64,000 bases of DNA from an uncultured Candidatus Saccharibacteria bacterium (lineage in GTDB: Bacteria > Patescibacteriota > Saccharimonadia > Saccharimonadales > CAZJQT01), in NCBI GenBank assembly GCA_964548655.1, contig CAZJQT010000002.1, positions 15,901 through 79,900 on the forward strand. The letters are read 5' to 3'. Position numbers and translations under genes: made by a program. Positions 19,806 to 30,338 of this stretch are shown piece after piece; position 1 is the first letter of the stretch; each line of letters opens with the position of its first letter. Below the pieces are notes generated by a model. That model did no database searches and had not been told where the DNA came from. It worked only from the letters and a program-made list of their open reading frames with translations.

Positions 19806-20969
19806 TTATTTAGTTTCTTCTGTACCGTGTTCTTCGATAGCTTCCAACAGAGAACTTTCCAATTGTTCCTTTTTCTTGATCTTTGGGACAACTACTTTGG
19901 CTTTTGGTTCGGCGGCTGGCTCTGGAGCAGCTTGCTCAGAGTTTATGTCAATCTCATAGCCGGTTAACTTACTGGCCAAACGGACATTCTGACCACTTTT
20001 ACCAATGGCAATGCTCAACTGATCTTCTGGCACGATGACTTTGGCTTTTTTATTCTTCTCATCCAAAACCACCTTGGTAACCTTGGTTGGGCTTAAGGCA
20101 TTACTGATATACGCAATCGGGTCATCACTCCAGACCACAATGTCGATCTTCTCCTGTTCGCCAACTTCACTAATGACAGCATTAACACGTGTGCCATGGC
20201 CACCAACAAAGGTACCAACTGGGTCAACGCCTGGGACACTACTGGCGACGGCAATCTTTGACCTAACGCCGCCCTCACGGGCGATGCTTTTAATTTCAAC
20301 CGCACCATTTTCCATTTCTGGGACTTCGGCTTTGAAGAGTAGCTCAATAAATTGTGGATTACCGCGCGATACCACCAATTGCGGGCCGCGGAAACCACGC
20401 TCGACGTCTTTTAAGTAGATCTTTAGACGCTGGCCGGGATAGTAACGCTCAGATTGAATTTGTTCGCTTCTGGGCATAATGCCTTGAGCTTTACCTAAAT
20501 CAACCCGGACGATATTGCCTTCAACCCGAGCCACGATACCGTTAACTATCGTGCCGATTTTGTCCTCATATTCTTCCATGATGATTTCGCGCTCAGCTTC
20601 ACGTAAGCGCTGCAAGATAACCTGTTTGGCAGTCTGGGCAGCCACGCGGCCAAATGATTCAACCTTTTGGTGAACTTCGATTACGTCACCAACTTTGGCA
20701 TTCTTCTTCATAACCTGAGCCTGACTTAGGCTAATCTGCATATGCTCATCGTCGACTTCATCGACAACTTCCTTGCTAACATAAGCATCAACTTCACCAT
20801 TATTTAGGTTCATGGTGACTCGGACTTCTTGCTCGCGGTCACCGTAGTCGCGTCGAAAAGCCGCTGCCAGAGCTTGTTCGACAATCTCCTGCACGACGTC
20901 TTCTGGCAAGTCTTTTTCCTCGGCAATTGTTTTAACCGCTAGGGCTAATTGTTTGATGTCTAAATCCAT
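19806..20969 (-). CDS. nusA: transcription termination/antitermination factor NusA
   Basis: N-terminal domain, S1 and two KH domains are recognisable (...GDVIEVHQKVESFGRVAAQTAKQVILQRLREAERE...). Confidence 0.95.
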   Translation of the reverse strand: MDLDIKQLALAVKTIAEEKDLPEDVVQEIVEQALAAAFRRDYGDREQEVRVTMNLNNGEVDAYVSKEVVDEVDDEHMQISLSQAQVMKKNAKVGDVIEVHQKVESFGRVAAQTAKQVILQRLREAEREIIMEEYEDKIGTIVNGIVARVEGNIVRVDLGKAQGIMPRSEQIQSERYYPGQRLKIYLKDVERGFRGPQLVVSRGNPQFIELLFKAEVPEMENGAVEIKSIAREGGVRSKIAVASSVPGVDPVGTFVGGHGTRVNAVISEVGEQEKIDIVVWSDDPIAYISNALSPTKVTKVVLDEKNKKAKVIVPEDQLSIAIGKSGQNVRLASKLTGYEIDINSEQAAPEPAAEPKAKVVVPKIKKKEQLESSLLEAIEEHGTEETK

Positions 20970-20989
20970 TATTTCTCCTATATTTCATG

Positions 20990-21014
20990 AAAAAAGTCGA
21001 CCTGCTGGCCGACT
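20990..21014 (-). terminator. hairpin plus U6 between the 190-aa ORF and nusA
   Basis: Minus strand reads AGTCGgCCagcaGGtCGACT followed by TTTTTT. It lies 24 nt after the upstream stop and about 20 nt before the nusA ATG. Confidence 0.5.
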
Positions 21015-21037
21015 AGTACAGAGTAAATTCTAACTGC

Positions 21038-21610
21038 TTAAGATGGCTTTGTCAAACTACTACCGACAAGATCCATCCCTCGAGAGATTAGACTTACTAC
21101 TTTCTCAAAATGATAGTATTTTATGGCTGCAAAATCATCATCCAGATCTCTACAGATTTGCTCCTCTAGAGGCTGAAGCGGTGTACCCTCTTGAGGCGCA
21201 ATAATATCTTCTTCATGTGCCCGTCTGAGTGACCAACTGAAACGACTTAATGGATCTAGGTTATAACTTACCCCATCATCACGGTACCTCAGGTCATAGT
21301 GGCTGGCGAGGGTTACAGAACCAAATTGGCCTGCTCTGGTAATATAATTGGACACTAAGTAGTCAGAGCCTTCGCTATCATAGCTTGCCAGAACCCCAAG
21401 TTTCTCGTTATACCCAGCATAGTCTTGTAGGCCCAACTCGACACCACTATACATGGCTCCCCTAACAATCTCATGAATAGATGTGAAATTATTGACACTA
21501 GCAAAACTCAATAACCTCTCGACGCAATTATGCCAAAGCATTAAACGCTTTGAGTCAACAGCAGGTTCTAGCGGATTTCTTGGATCAATTCCAATCTCGG
21601 GGTTAGACAT
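21038..21610 (-). CDS. hypothetical protein (190 aa)
   Basis: ORF only. Confidence 0.65.
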   Translation of the reverse strand: MSNPEIGIDPRNPLEPAVDSKRLMLWHNCVERLLSFASVNNFTSIHEIVRGAMYSGVELGLQDYAGYNEKLGVLASYDSEGSDYLVSNYITRAGQFGSVTLASHYDLRYRDDGVSYNLDPLSRFSWSLRRAHEEDIIAPQEGTPLQPLEEQICRDLDDDFAAIKYYHFEKVVSLISRGMDLVGSSLTKPS

Positions 21611-21666
21611 TTAGACTATTATACCACATTAAGGAAGTTCTGTAATGTTTGTGTAGAATATAGGTA

Positions 21667-24282
21667 ATGACCAAAAAGGTAAAAAGGCTGTACGAACAGT
21701 TCCAGCCGAGACACTACATCTTAGATTTGGCGATAGATAAAGAAAAAATGGTTTTTTCTGGTCAGGTTATTATTGCCGGGCAAAAAATTGGCAGACCATC
21801 ACAAAGATTAACCTTTCATCAGAGTGGACTCAAAATCAAGAATGTTCATGTAGTACGTCATGACCGCAAAGGCGACCAAGAGCAAAAAATTGAACGTTTA
21901 AACGTGCATAAAGCTTATGAAGAAGTTCGGCTGCACAGTAAAGCGATGTTATATCCAGGTAGCTATACCATCAGATTGGAGTTTTCCGGCAAGATTACCC
22001 GTCAAATGAATGGTATTTACCCTTGCCTCTTTGAATACAAGGGCAAACAAGAAAAGCTGATCGCTACCCAGTTTGAAAGCCATCACGCCCGCGAGGTTTT
22101 CCCTTGTATTGATGAGCCAGAAGCTAAGGCGACTTTTGATCTGAGTCTGACAACTAAAAAGGGCGAAGTTGTCCTCTCTAATACACCAGTAAAAACCGAA
22201 GAGACAGAGGGTAAGCTAACCACGACTAGCTTTGAAACCACCCCAAAAATGTCAACATACTTGCTGGCCTTTATTATTGGTAAGCTGGGCTACAAAGAGG
22301 CCAAAACAAAAGACGGCGTAGTGGTGCGCACCTACGCCACGCCAGACAATGTAGGCTCGACCGACTTTGCGCTCGAAACGGCCATAAAATGTCTGGAATT
22401 TTATAATGATTATTTTGCTATTCCCTACCCTTTGGCCAAGTGTGATTTTGTGGCACTACCGGACTTTGCCAGCGGCGCTATGGAGAACTGGGGTGTCATA
22501 ACTTTTCGCGAACAAGCTCTGTTGGTCGACCCTAAAAACTCAACTCTTGCCAGTAAACAATACGTAGCCTTGGTAGTCGCACACGAGCTCACGCACCAAT
22601 GGTTTGGCAACTTAGTTACCATGCGCTGGTGGACCGACCTGTGGCTGAATGAAGGTTTTGCCAGCTGGATGGAGTATCTGGCAGTCGATCACCTATACCC
22701 CGATTGGCATGTCTGGACGCAGTTCCTGGTAGACGAACAACAACAGGCCTTGAAGCTCGATGCTCTAGAGCACACGCATCCGATCGAGGTGACGGTTAAT
22801 CATCCGGATGAAATTCGTACTATCTTTGACGCCATTAGTTACAGCAAAGGCGCCAGTGTTATTCATATGTTGGAAAAGTATTTGGGTCACGATGTTTTTC
22901 AGGGTGGGCTTAGGCACTACTTGAACAAACATCAATACGCCAATACTGACACTGTGGATCTCTGGGCCAGTTTAGAAGAAGTATCCGGTAAGCCGGTCAA
23001 AGAGTTTATGCAAGCCTGGACTACGCAACCAGGTTTTCCGTTGCTAGCTGCTAATATTAGCGACAATCAAATCAGCCTGGGCCAAAGTCGTTTCTTTGCT
23101 AACCCAGCTCACAAGAAACTGCCAGATCAACTTTGGCCCGTACCCCTTCAGGCATTAACGCCAGAAATACCAGCAACACTAGAAGCATCAAACAAAGATT
23201 TCCGTGTACCGGAAACACGGCAGCTCAAATTTAATGTCGGACAAAGTGGTTTCTACCGAGTGGCCTATAACGCTACGCAACTCGAACGATTGGGTGATCA
23301 AATCCAAAAAGGCCATATGCAGCCAGAAGATCGACTGGGCATCATCTCTGATCTGTTCGAAAACGCCAAAGCCGGCAGCAATGACACGGTTGACGCGCTG
23401 CATTTCCTGAGCCATTTTGCCGAAGAGGACAACTACGCCGTCTGGGACACAATTGCTGGAGCAATTGGTTCACTTAGGTTGACAATGGATGATGAAACTT
23501 TGCGTGATGACATGAAGCCATTTATTCTGCGATTAGTAGCTTCTCAACTCAAGCGGCTCGGCTGGCAGCAGAAAAAGACGGATAGTCATTTTGATAAGTT
23601 ACTCAGGCCCATCATTCTGAGTCTGGCTGCCAATTCTGACGAACCCAAAGTGGTCAAACAATGTTTTGATCTATTTAAGAAAATTAAACATCCAGAAGAC
23701 GTGGCGCCAGAACTTCGAGTTACAGCTTCGCCAACCCAAGTAAAACGCGGCATTGATATTGACCCGGATCTGCGCGGTACGGTTTTTGGTACTGTCGCCA
23801 GACTTGGTGGCAAAGCTGAGTTTGATAAGCTGGTGGCCTTGCACAATAACTCAACCCATAGTGAAGAGCGTACTACTTTATGTGCTGCTATAACTGGCTT
23901 CAATCAGCCTGAGCTTATTAAGCGAGCTCTGGGCATGATAACTTCGGATGATGTGCGCCTGCAGGACGTGGCCTACTGGATAGCCTACTCATTTATGAAT
24001 CGCTATGCTAAAAAGCTAGCTTGGCAATGGACCAAACAAAATTGGAACTGGCTAGAGGAAAATCTAGGTACCGACCTTAGTTTTTACAGAATGCCGATTT
24101 ATACTGCCAGGGTTTTCAGTGAGAAAAGTTTTATAAAAGAATACAAAGAGTTTTTTAAACCGCGCTTATCAATCGCCTTTGAGCGTTCATACAATCAAGG
24201 CCTAGAATTGTTGGATATTCAAATTGCCTGGAAAGAGCGTGCCCTCAAAGAGGTGAAAACCTTTTTCAAAAATCAAACGTAA
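21667..24282 (+). CDS. pepN: M1-family aminopeptidase N
   Basis: GAMENWG exopeptidase motif and HELTHQWFGN...WLNEGFASW zinc-binding motif. Confidence 0.9.
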   Translation: MTKKVKRLYEQFQPRHYILDLAIDKEKMVFSGQVIIAGQKIGRPSQRLTFHQSGLKIKNVHVVRHDRKGDQEQKIERLNVHKAYEEVRLHSKAMLYPGSYTIRLEFSGKITRQMNGIYPCLFEYKGKQEKLIATQFESHHAREVFPCIDEPEAKATFDLSLTTKKGEVVLSNTPVKTEETEGKLTTTSFETTPKMSTYLLAFIIGKLGYKEAKTKDGVVVRTYATPDNVGSTDFALETAIKCLEFYNDYFAIPYPLAKCDFVALPDFASGAMENWGVITFREQALLVDPKNSTLASKQYVALVVAHELTHQWFGNLVTMRWWTDLWLNEGFASWMEYLAVDHLYPDWHVWTQFLVDEQQQALKLDALEHTHPIEVTVNHPDEIRTIFDAISYSKGASVIHMLEKYLGHDVFQGGLRHYLNKHQYANTDTVDLWASLEEVSGKPVKEFMQAWTTQPGFPLLAANISDNQISLGQSRFFANPAHKKLPDQLWPVPLQALTPEIPATLEASNKDFRVPETRQLKFNVGQSGFYRVAYNATQLERLGDQIQKGHMQPEDRLGIISDLFENAKAGSNDTVDALHFLSHFAEEDNYAVWDTIAGAIGSLRLTMDDETLRDDMKPFILRLVASQLKRLGWQQKKTDSHFDKLLRPIILSLAANSDEPKVVKQCFDLFKKIKHPEDVAPELRVTASPTQVKRGIDIDPDLRGTVFGTVARLGGKAEFDKLVALHNNSTHSEERTTLCAAITGFNQPELIKRALGMITSDDVRLQDVAYWIAYSFMNRYAKKLAWQWTKQNWNWLEENLGTDLSFYRMPIYTARVFSEKSFIKEYKEFFKPRLSIAFERSYNQGLELLDIQIAWKERALKEVKTFFKNQT

Positions 24283-24713
24283 CCTATCTCCAGATACGGC
24301 TCACGTCCCAAATAACCATCCTCAATAATTATTCTGAAATCTTCGATTACGTCTTTGGGTAAATTATTAGGATCTACCCTTACTAATTCAGAACACAGTT
24401 CGGGTTCGTTATTGATAGGCTCTTCATTTGCTTCAAGACTAAGTTTGAATTCATAAGCGACGTACTCTGCTGTACTCTTGCGAGCAGCCACGCAATAAAA
24501 TATAAATCGCTCCTCCGGTATTTCTAAACCAAGCTCCTCTTGAACTTCACGGGCCGCAGCTTGCCGCGGCGTCTCGCCAGCTTCTATATGTCCACCAGGC
24601 AAGCAAAGCTTGCCGTCCTCCCAACCAGTATTCTGACGGCGGCTTAATAATATCTGTCCATCTACTTCACATAGGACATTAGTCGAGCTACGAATCAAGT
24701 TCTTCTCTGACAT
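24273..24713 (-). CDS. Nudix hydrolase
   Basis: Nudix box GGHIEAGETPRQAAAREVQEELGL. Confidence 0.85.
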   Translation of the reverse strand: MSEKNLIRSSTNVLCEVDGQILLSRRQNTGWEDGKLCLPGGHIEAGETPRQAAAREVQEELGLEIPEERFIFYCVAARKSTAEYVAYEFKLSLEANEEPINNEPELCSELVRVDPNNLPKDVIEDFRIIIEDGYLGREPYLEIGYV

Positions 24714-24714
24714 A

Positions 24715-25056
24715 TTATAAATCTGTCACAAAATTAGATATTTGCAAGTCAGCACCTGAAACCTCCAGTGCCGATAATTGATAGTCTCCAGACCAACGGT
24801 TCTGGCTGACCCACATTTCGGCTGCAAAAGTCATTTGCTCTAGCTTTTTAGGTGTAATGTAGTCTAAGCCACCACCAAAAGCATCTGATCTTCGGTATTT
24901 AACCTCGACAAAATAGATAGTTTTGGCCTTTTGGGCAACTATATCAATCTCGCACCAGCGGGTCCGCCAATTCTGGTCTAGCACTTTGAAACCCTGGTCT
25001 TTTAAATATTGGGCGGCTGCCGCCTCTGCCTGGCGACCACTAACAAAAGTTGTCAT
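24715..25056 (-). CDS. YraN-family endonuclease (UPF0102)
   Basis: G..AE..A..YL...G...L..N.R....EIDIVA......FVEVK.R pattern. Confidence 0.85.
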   Translation of the reverse strand: MTTFVSGRQAEAAAAQYLKDQGFKVLDQNWRTRWCEIDIVAQKAKTIYFVEVKYRRSDAFGGGLDYITPKKLEQMTFAAEMWVSQNRWSGDYQLSALEVSGADLQISNFVTDL

Positions 25057-25616
25057 GCTAGTAATGCCTTGACTGGTTTATATGAACGTCTGTGAACTTG
25101 GCTGACGCCGTGTTTTTGCAGTAATTGTAAGTGTAGTTTAGTGCCATAACCGACGTGTTTATCGAATTCATAATCGGGGTAGAACTGCGCCAGCCTAGTC
25201 ATGTGTTGGTCGCGTTTAACTTTAGCGTAGATACTAGCGGCACTGACGATTGGCTGGGTTGCGTCGGCTTTAACCATCGTCTTTACATTTACAAATTCGG
25301 CTGGACAGTAATTGATCAGACCGTCCATGATGATATGTTCATCTACCAACGTACCTAGCGCCATTAGGGCCCGGCTGACGCCCAAGCGCAAAGCACGGGT
25401 TATACCAATTTTATCGATCTCCTCCGGTTGGACCCAGCCTTCGCCAAGATCGCAGCATTCTACTATTGGTTCAAAAAGTTCTTCGCGCTTTTTTCTGGAT
25501 AAAACTTTGGAGTCGGCCAATCCGTCTGGCAAGACTTGTTTGGCACGGGCAGCAACTACAAGTAAAGGACCGGCCCAACTACCGCGTCCAACTTCATCTA
25601 TACCAACAACCCGCAT
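25053..25616 (-). CDS. rnhB: ribonuclease HII
   Basis: GIDEVGRGSWAGPL active-site motif near the N-terminus. Confidence 0.9.
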   Translation of the reverse strand: MRVVGIDEVGRGSWAGPLLVVAARAKQVLPDGLADSKVLSRKKREELFEPIVECCDLGEGWVQPEEIDKIGITRALRLGVSRALMALGTLVDEHIIMDGLINYCPAEFVNVKTMVKADATQPIVSAASIYAKVKRDQHMTRLAQFYPDYEFDKHVGYGTKLHLQLLQKHGVSQVHRRSYKPVKALLA

Positions 25617-25641
25617 GGGTTTATTCTAGCACTAAATTTTT

Positions 25642-26187
25642 CTATTCTTCTTCGCTGGTCTCAGATTTGGCAGCCTGATCGTGGGCGGCTAGAGCGGCTT
25701 CGGCTTTAGCTTCTTCTTTGGCATCTTCTTCAGCTTTCTTAGCAGCTTCAATCTCGTGCTGTTTGGCGGCTAATTCTTTGGCTTCTTGCTCAGCTTTCTC
25801 GGCTTCTTCGTCGCGGACATCATTTACAGATTGAGCGTCAAAGTCTAGGCCGGTTAGACGGGCTGATTTGCCAGTGCGCTCACGCATGTACGTCAGGTAA
25901 TTACGGCGCACTTTGCTACGCTTGGTAACGTCAATCTTAACTACCAAAGGACTGTGTAATAAAAAGCTTTTCTCAACGCCAACACCACTAGCAATACGGC
26001 GAACGGTAATGCGGCTAGTATGGCTACCTTTGCGGTCAGTACGGATGACCAAGCCTTGGAAGATCTGAATACGCTCTTTACTGCCCTCGCGAATTTTCTG
26101 ATGCACTTTAACAGTGTCGCCAGACCTAACGTCTACGACTTGCTTCTTGCGGTACTTGTCCTCAATTTTGCTAATAACAGATTGCAT
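25642..26187 (-). CDS. rplS: 50S ribosomal protein L19 with ~65-aa charged C-terminal tail
   Basis: L19 core ...GDTVKVHQKIREGSKERIQIFQGLVI...RRIASGVGVEKSFLLHSP...; the tail is E/K/A-rich. Confidence 0.95.
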   Translation of the reverse strand: MQSVISKIEDKYRKKQVVDVRSGDTVKVHQKIREGSKERIQIFQGLVIRTDRKGSHTSRITVRRIASGVGVEKSFLLHSPLVVKIDVTKRSKVRRNYLTYMRERTGKSARLTGLDFDAQSVNDVRDEEAEKAEQEAKELAAKQHEIEAAKKAEEDAKEEAKAEAALAAHDQAAKSETSEEE

Positions 26188-26221
26188 AACCTGAACACTC
26201 TACCTTACTCTAAAGATTTTT

Positions 26222-26782
26222 TCAAGCGTTTAGCGCTATGACACCGGGCTCAGATTGTTGCCTATATGCTATTTTGGCTTTTCTAAGCTCTCGTTGCCCC
26301 CAATAAGCCGTAGTCACTGTTTTACCCTGTCCTTGCTGGTTGCCATACTCTTTAGCTAGCAAAACATCTGGGAAAAGACGAACCGTTATGAACCGTTCAA
26401 TCACAGCCTCGAAAGCAAAACCTAATTGATCATTTATCACAATTGGAGGATTTTCCGGGTCAAATTCAAACACACCACGAACTTTAATTTTTCCTACCGG
26501 TTCATCAAACTCTTGTCGACCCAAAATCAAGCCACCAAACGTAAGCTTACGCGTCTGTGTCTCGTATGATGGCTCAAGTCCTGGAACCAACGACTGACTC
26601 AATTCATTTAATTGTTTTGCTTTATAGATCGGCTCAATCGGTGCGACCGAAAAAGTGACATCCTGGCCAGGTATTTCATCAAACCCAGTCGGATTCAGAA
26701 AAACTTTATTGTGCACATGCGCCACGCGTATATCATCGCGATCATGTAATGCTTCAGTGATAATCTCTAGATTGTTTGTCAT
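26222..26782 (-). CDS. hypothetical protein (186 aa)
   Basis: ORF only. Confidence 0.65.
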   Translation of the reverse strand: MTNNLEIITEALHDRDDIRVAHVHNKVFLNPTGFDEIPGQDVTFSVAPIEPIYKAKQLNELSQSLVPGLEPSYETQTRKLTFGGLILGRQEFDEPVGKIKVRGVFEFDPENPPIVINDQLGFAFEAVIERFITVRLFPDVLLAKEYGNQQGQGKTVTTAYWGQRELRKAKIAYRQQSEPGVIALNA

Positions 26783-26848
26783 TTTACCTCCGCTCTTTTT
26801 ATAGCTTACTCTCTATGAGCGAGCCCATCAATAAGCTATGATTAGGTA

Positions 26849-27982
26849 ATGGATTATAGGAAAGAGGCGTTAAAAAAACACAAACAACTGAAGGGCAAAA
26901 TTGCTGTTGTATTAAAGGACAAATTGGACAGCCAAGACAAGTTGAGCACTTATTACACACCTGGTGTGGCCGCGGTTTCTAGCTACGTGGCTGAACATCC
27001 CAAGGAGGCCCGTGATTATACTTGGTTAGGAAACAGCGTAGCCGTGATCAGTGACGGCTCAGCTGTTTTGGGTCTTGGCGATATTGGGCCGTATGGCGCT
27101 TTGCCCGTTATGGAAGGTAAAGCTATGTTGTTCAAACATTTTGCTGGCATTGATGCTGTGCCGATTATCCTAGATGTTCATTCAGCCGATGAAATAGTCA
27201 AAACAGTACTAGCTATTGCGCCCAGCTTTGGCGGTATCAATCTAGAAGATATTGCCGCGCCGATTTGTTTTGAAGTTGAGGACCGTGTTAAAGCCGCTCT
27301 CAATATTCCAGTAATGCACGATGACCAACATGGCACGGCCATTGTTGTCCTGGCCGGGCTTATTAACGCAGCCAAAGTTACTGGTAAGGACCTGAGAAAA
27401 TGTCGGGTGGTTTGTGTTGGCGCCGGCGCGGCCGGTACTGCAGTTATGAAATTATTAAATCTATATGCCAAGCCAGAGATCTTAATTGTCGATAGCCAAG
27501 GCATAATCAGTCGTGGCCGCAAAGATTTAAATTCCGAAAAGAAGAAACTACTAAAGTTCACTAATCCAAAAAATGTCAGTGGTTCACTGGAAGATGCTAT
27601 GAAAGGCGCTGATATATTCATCGGCGTGTCTAAGGCCGGACTGTTAACGGCTAAAATGATAAAAACTATGGCAAAAGACCCGATTATTTTTGCCATGGCC
27701 AACCCAGTACCTGAGATTATGCCCGATATTGCACTGAAAGCAGGTGTGGCTGTCATGGCCACCGGCCGCAGCGACTTCCCTAATCAAGTCAATAATGCTC
27801 TGGCCTTCCCGGGTGTCTTCCGCGGAGCGCTAGATAATAGAGTCAATAAGATTACTGATCAGCACAAAATTGCCGCGGCCGAAGTTATAGCTAGCTTGGT
27901 TGCGAAACCTACAGCCGATTGCATAATCCCCAGCGTCCTTGACAAACGCCTAGTGCCAAGCATTGCCAAGGTTATAGTTTAG
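26849..27982 (+). CDS. NAD(P)-dependent malic enzyme (short form)
   Basis: ...[13 protein letters not shown]..., the GAGAAG dinucleotide fold, and ...[13 protein letters not shown]. Confidence 0.9.
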   Translation: MDYRKEALKKHKQLKGKIAVVLKDKLDSQDKLSTYYTPGVAAVSSYVAEHPKEARDYTWLGNSVAVISDGSAVLGLGDIGPYGALPVMEGKAMLFKHFAGIDAVPIILDVHSADEIVKTVLAIAPSFGGINLEDIAAPICFEVEDRVKAALNIPVMHDDQHGTAIVVLAGLINAAKVTGKDLRKCRVVCVGAGAAGTAVMKLLNLYAKPEILIVDSQGIISRGRKDLNSEKKKLLKFTNPKNVSGSLEDAMKGADIFIGVSKAGLLTAKMIKTMAKDPIIFAMANPVPEIMPDIALKAGVAVMATGRSDFPNQVNNALAFPGVFRGALDNRVNKITDQHKIAAAEVIASLVAKPTADCIIPSVLDKRLVPSIAKVIV

Positions 27983-29586
27983 CCAACAGTGCGGTAGATT
28001 TCTTCGATGGTGGTTTCGCCAGCTAGAACTTTCAGAATACCGTCTTGCAGAATTGTGCGCATACCGCTAGCAATGGCAGCATCTTCTATGTCTTGGGTTG
28101 ACGAGGATTTACCACTGCTCAAAAGCTCGCCAATCTTGCCGCTCATCAGGAACTGTTCGCGCAAAGCAACTTGGCCCTTGTAGCCAAACGGGTTGTCAGC
28201 CGAACTGCCAGGTTTATAGAGCTGTAGGTTGGTCAGATTTGGTTTGTCGGTTCCCGGTGGCAAGGTATCGAGGACTTGTTTGATCTTGCCAACAACGGCA
28301 ATGTCTGGCGTGTAAGGCTGTTTGGTAGCATCGTCCAGCCGGCGCACCAAACGCTGGGCCATAACTAGGCGAATAGCCGACACAAACAGCGGGTTTTGGC
28401 CAATAATATCCACTAAGCGGGTGAGTGCCGCAGCAGCCGAACCAGCGTGAAAGGTCGACAGTACCAAATGTCCAGTCAGGGCCGCCTGCAAAGCAGTTTT
28501 AGCGGTATCGGGGTCGCGGATCTCACCAACCATCACGACGTCTGGGTCAAGCCTTAGCACGGCGCGAAGTTTCTCGGCAAAGTTAGTCTCCTGCGAACTT
28601 TGCGAAGTGACTGAGATCTGAGTAATGCCCTCAAACTGGTACTCAACCGGATCCTCGATAGTTATGATCTTGCGCTCCTCGGAATTGAGCATGTTGAGCA
28701 TGGAATAAAGCGTTGTAGTCTTACCAGATCCGGTTGGCCCGACAACTAAGACCAGGCCGCTGGGTTTGGCGATGATATCGTCAACAATCTGACGCTCACT
28801 GGGCGACAAACCCAAACGATCCAAGTTGTACATTGACTGGTCCATATTGAAAAGGCGCATAACTACGTCCATGCCGTTAATGGTTGGTACGGTTTCAAGA
28901 CGCAGATTAACGTCTACCGAAGCGCCATCGCTCATTTCGACAGTTTGTGAGACATGACCCTGTTGGGCTTCTTGAGCCGATGTCGAAACATTGCCGGCAC
29001 TGGCAATTGCAGAAATCAAAACTCGGTACTTGTCAGGTTCTAGCCGGGCAATCTTATGCAGAACACCGTCAATTCTAAAACGGACCTGCGCGAAAGTGCG
29101 CTGTGACTCCAGATGTATGTCTGAAGCGTTCAAACGATGAGCTTGTTGCACTAGGTAGGCCAGCATATCAGCCGCTTTGACCTGTGCAAGTACTGCCGAT
29201 ACTTGGTCTACCTGCCCTTGGTTAGTGGTCCGCTCAATGGAAATATTTTGATAGACGACAGCTTTCGGTGGATCGTATAGCTTCATGTAGTCTCTAAAGC
29301 CAGCATCAGAAATCAAGGCAAAACTAATCTGTTGATCCGGGAAACGGTGGCGCAAATTAGTCATGGTTTGCTGCGAGGTGGTGTTAGTTATGCCGAATAA
29401 AATATTATGTTCATCAGACTTAAGAGGTATGACCTTGAGGTCATAGAGCTCGGGATTGGTCAGAATGTCTTTATAAAGCTGCTTGTTAACTACCGCCGAC
29501 GTATCAAAATAAGCCAAATTCAGAATTTGGGCACGGCGCTGGGCATTGGCTTCTTCATCACGGCGGGCATCTTGAGACATTGACAC
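27979..29586 (-). CDS. type II/IV secretion ATPase (PilB/GspE family)
   Basis: Walker A GPTGSGKTTT, Asp box, Walker B and His box, plus an N-terminal GspE_N-like domain. Confidence 0.85.
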   Translation of the reverse strand: MSMSQDARRDEEANAQRRAQILNLAYFDTSAVVNKQLYKDILTNPELYDLKVIPLKSDEHNILFGITNTTSQQTMTNLRHRFPDQQISFALISDAGFRDYMKLYDPPKAVVYQNISIERTTNQGQVDQVSAVLAQVKAADMLAYLVQQAHRLNASDIHLESQRTFAQVRFRIDGVLHKIARLEPDKYRVLISAIASAGNVSTSAQEAQQGHVSQTVEMSDGASVDVNLRLETVPTINGMDVVMRLFNMDQSMYNLDRLGLSPSERQIVDDIIAKPSGLVLVVGPTGSGKTTTLYSMLNMLNSEERKIITIEDPVEYQFEGITQISVTSQSSQETNFAEKLRAVLRLDPDVVMVGEIRDPDTAKTALQAALTGHLVLSTFHAGSAAAALTRLVDIIGQNPLFVSAIRLVMAQRLVRRLDDATKQPYTPDIAVVGKIKQVLDTLPPGTDKPNLTNLQLYKPGSSADNPFGYKGQVALREQFLMSGKIGELLSSGKSSSTQDIEDAAIASGMRTILQDGILKVLAGETTIEEIYRTVG

Positions 29587-29663
29587 TCATTATAAACGTA
29601 AGCATATAGATTGGTAAAACCAGATTAATTTTGTAAAAGCCTAAAAGTGCATACAATTGAGGC

Positions 29664-30188
29664 ATGAAACGCATTGTCTTGATTGCCCATAACCTTCGTA
29701 GCTGTCATAACGTCGGCTCATTGCTGAGGACAGCCGATGGTTTCGGGGTTGAGAAAGTTTTTCTGACTGGTTATACACCCTATCCCATTTCGCCTGATGA
29801 TCAGAGATTGCCGCATCTGGCTTTGGCGCAGACCAAGCAGATACATAAAACAGCTCTAGGAGCCGAAAAGACTCAAGCCTGGCTTCATCAGCAAGACATC
29901 ACAACCCTAATTTCAGACTTAAAACAACAAGGTTACAGGGTAGCTGCGCTTGAGCAAACTAATAAGTCTACACCTCTCAATAGCTACAAGAGTGAGGCTG
30001 ATATAGCTGTTATTGTGGGTAACGAGGTAGACGGCTTAGCACAGTCCGTTCTGGGTCTGTGCGACCAAGTTCTGGAGATCCCTATGCAGGGCAAGAAAGA
30101 ATCTTTTAATGTTGCCAGCGCTGCGGCCATTGCGCTTTACCACTTACGCTTAATAGGTCCACATCTTCGCACCAGCCGGACTGCTTAG
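29664..30188 (+). CDS. TrmH/SpoU-family RNA 2'-O-methyltransferase
   Basis: SpoU motifs HNVGSLLRTADGFG, VIVGNEVDGL and LEIPMQGKKESFNVASAAAIALY. Confidence 0.85.
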   Translation: MKRIVLIAHNLRSCHNVGSLLRTADGFGVEKVFLTGYTPYPISPDDQRLPHLALAQTKQIHKTALGAEKTQAWLHQQDITTLISDLKQQGYRVAALEQTNKSTPLNSYKSEADIAVIVGNEVDGLAQSVLGLCDQVLEIPMQGKKESFNVASAAAIALYHLRLIGPHLRTSRTA

Positions 30189-30338
30189 ATGCAAAGCACC
30201 TAACTCTGCCGGCTTCTTGGCGCATTGCTACGTCAGCGGCCTCTGTTATTCGCTCACCGTACTGCAGAGTACGTTTCGCTCATTCCTCGTGGCTTCCTTG
30301 CACTGCATCCAAGTGCAAAAATGTGTTACAATAAGCTT

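Noticed and set aside
27178-27762. 194-aa minus-strand ORF antisense to the malic enzyme gene
   Set aside because: This is a shadow ORF inside a gene with clear motifs, and its low-complexity Ala/Ser/Ile composition fits that.
30225-30338. N-terminal extension of the CAP-domain ORF
   Set aside because: It has no SD and an odd composition. The basic N-terminus plus TM segment begins at the ATG at 30339.
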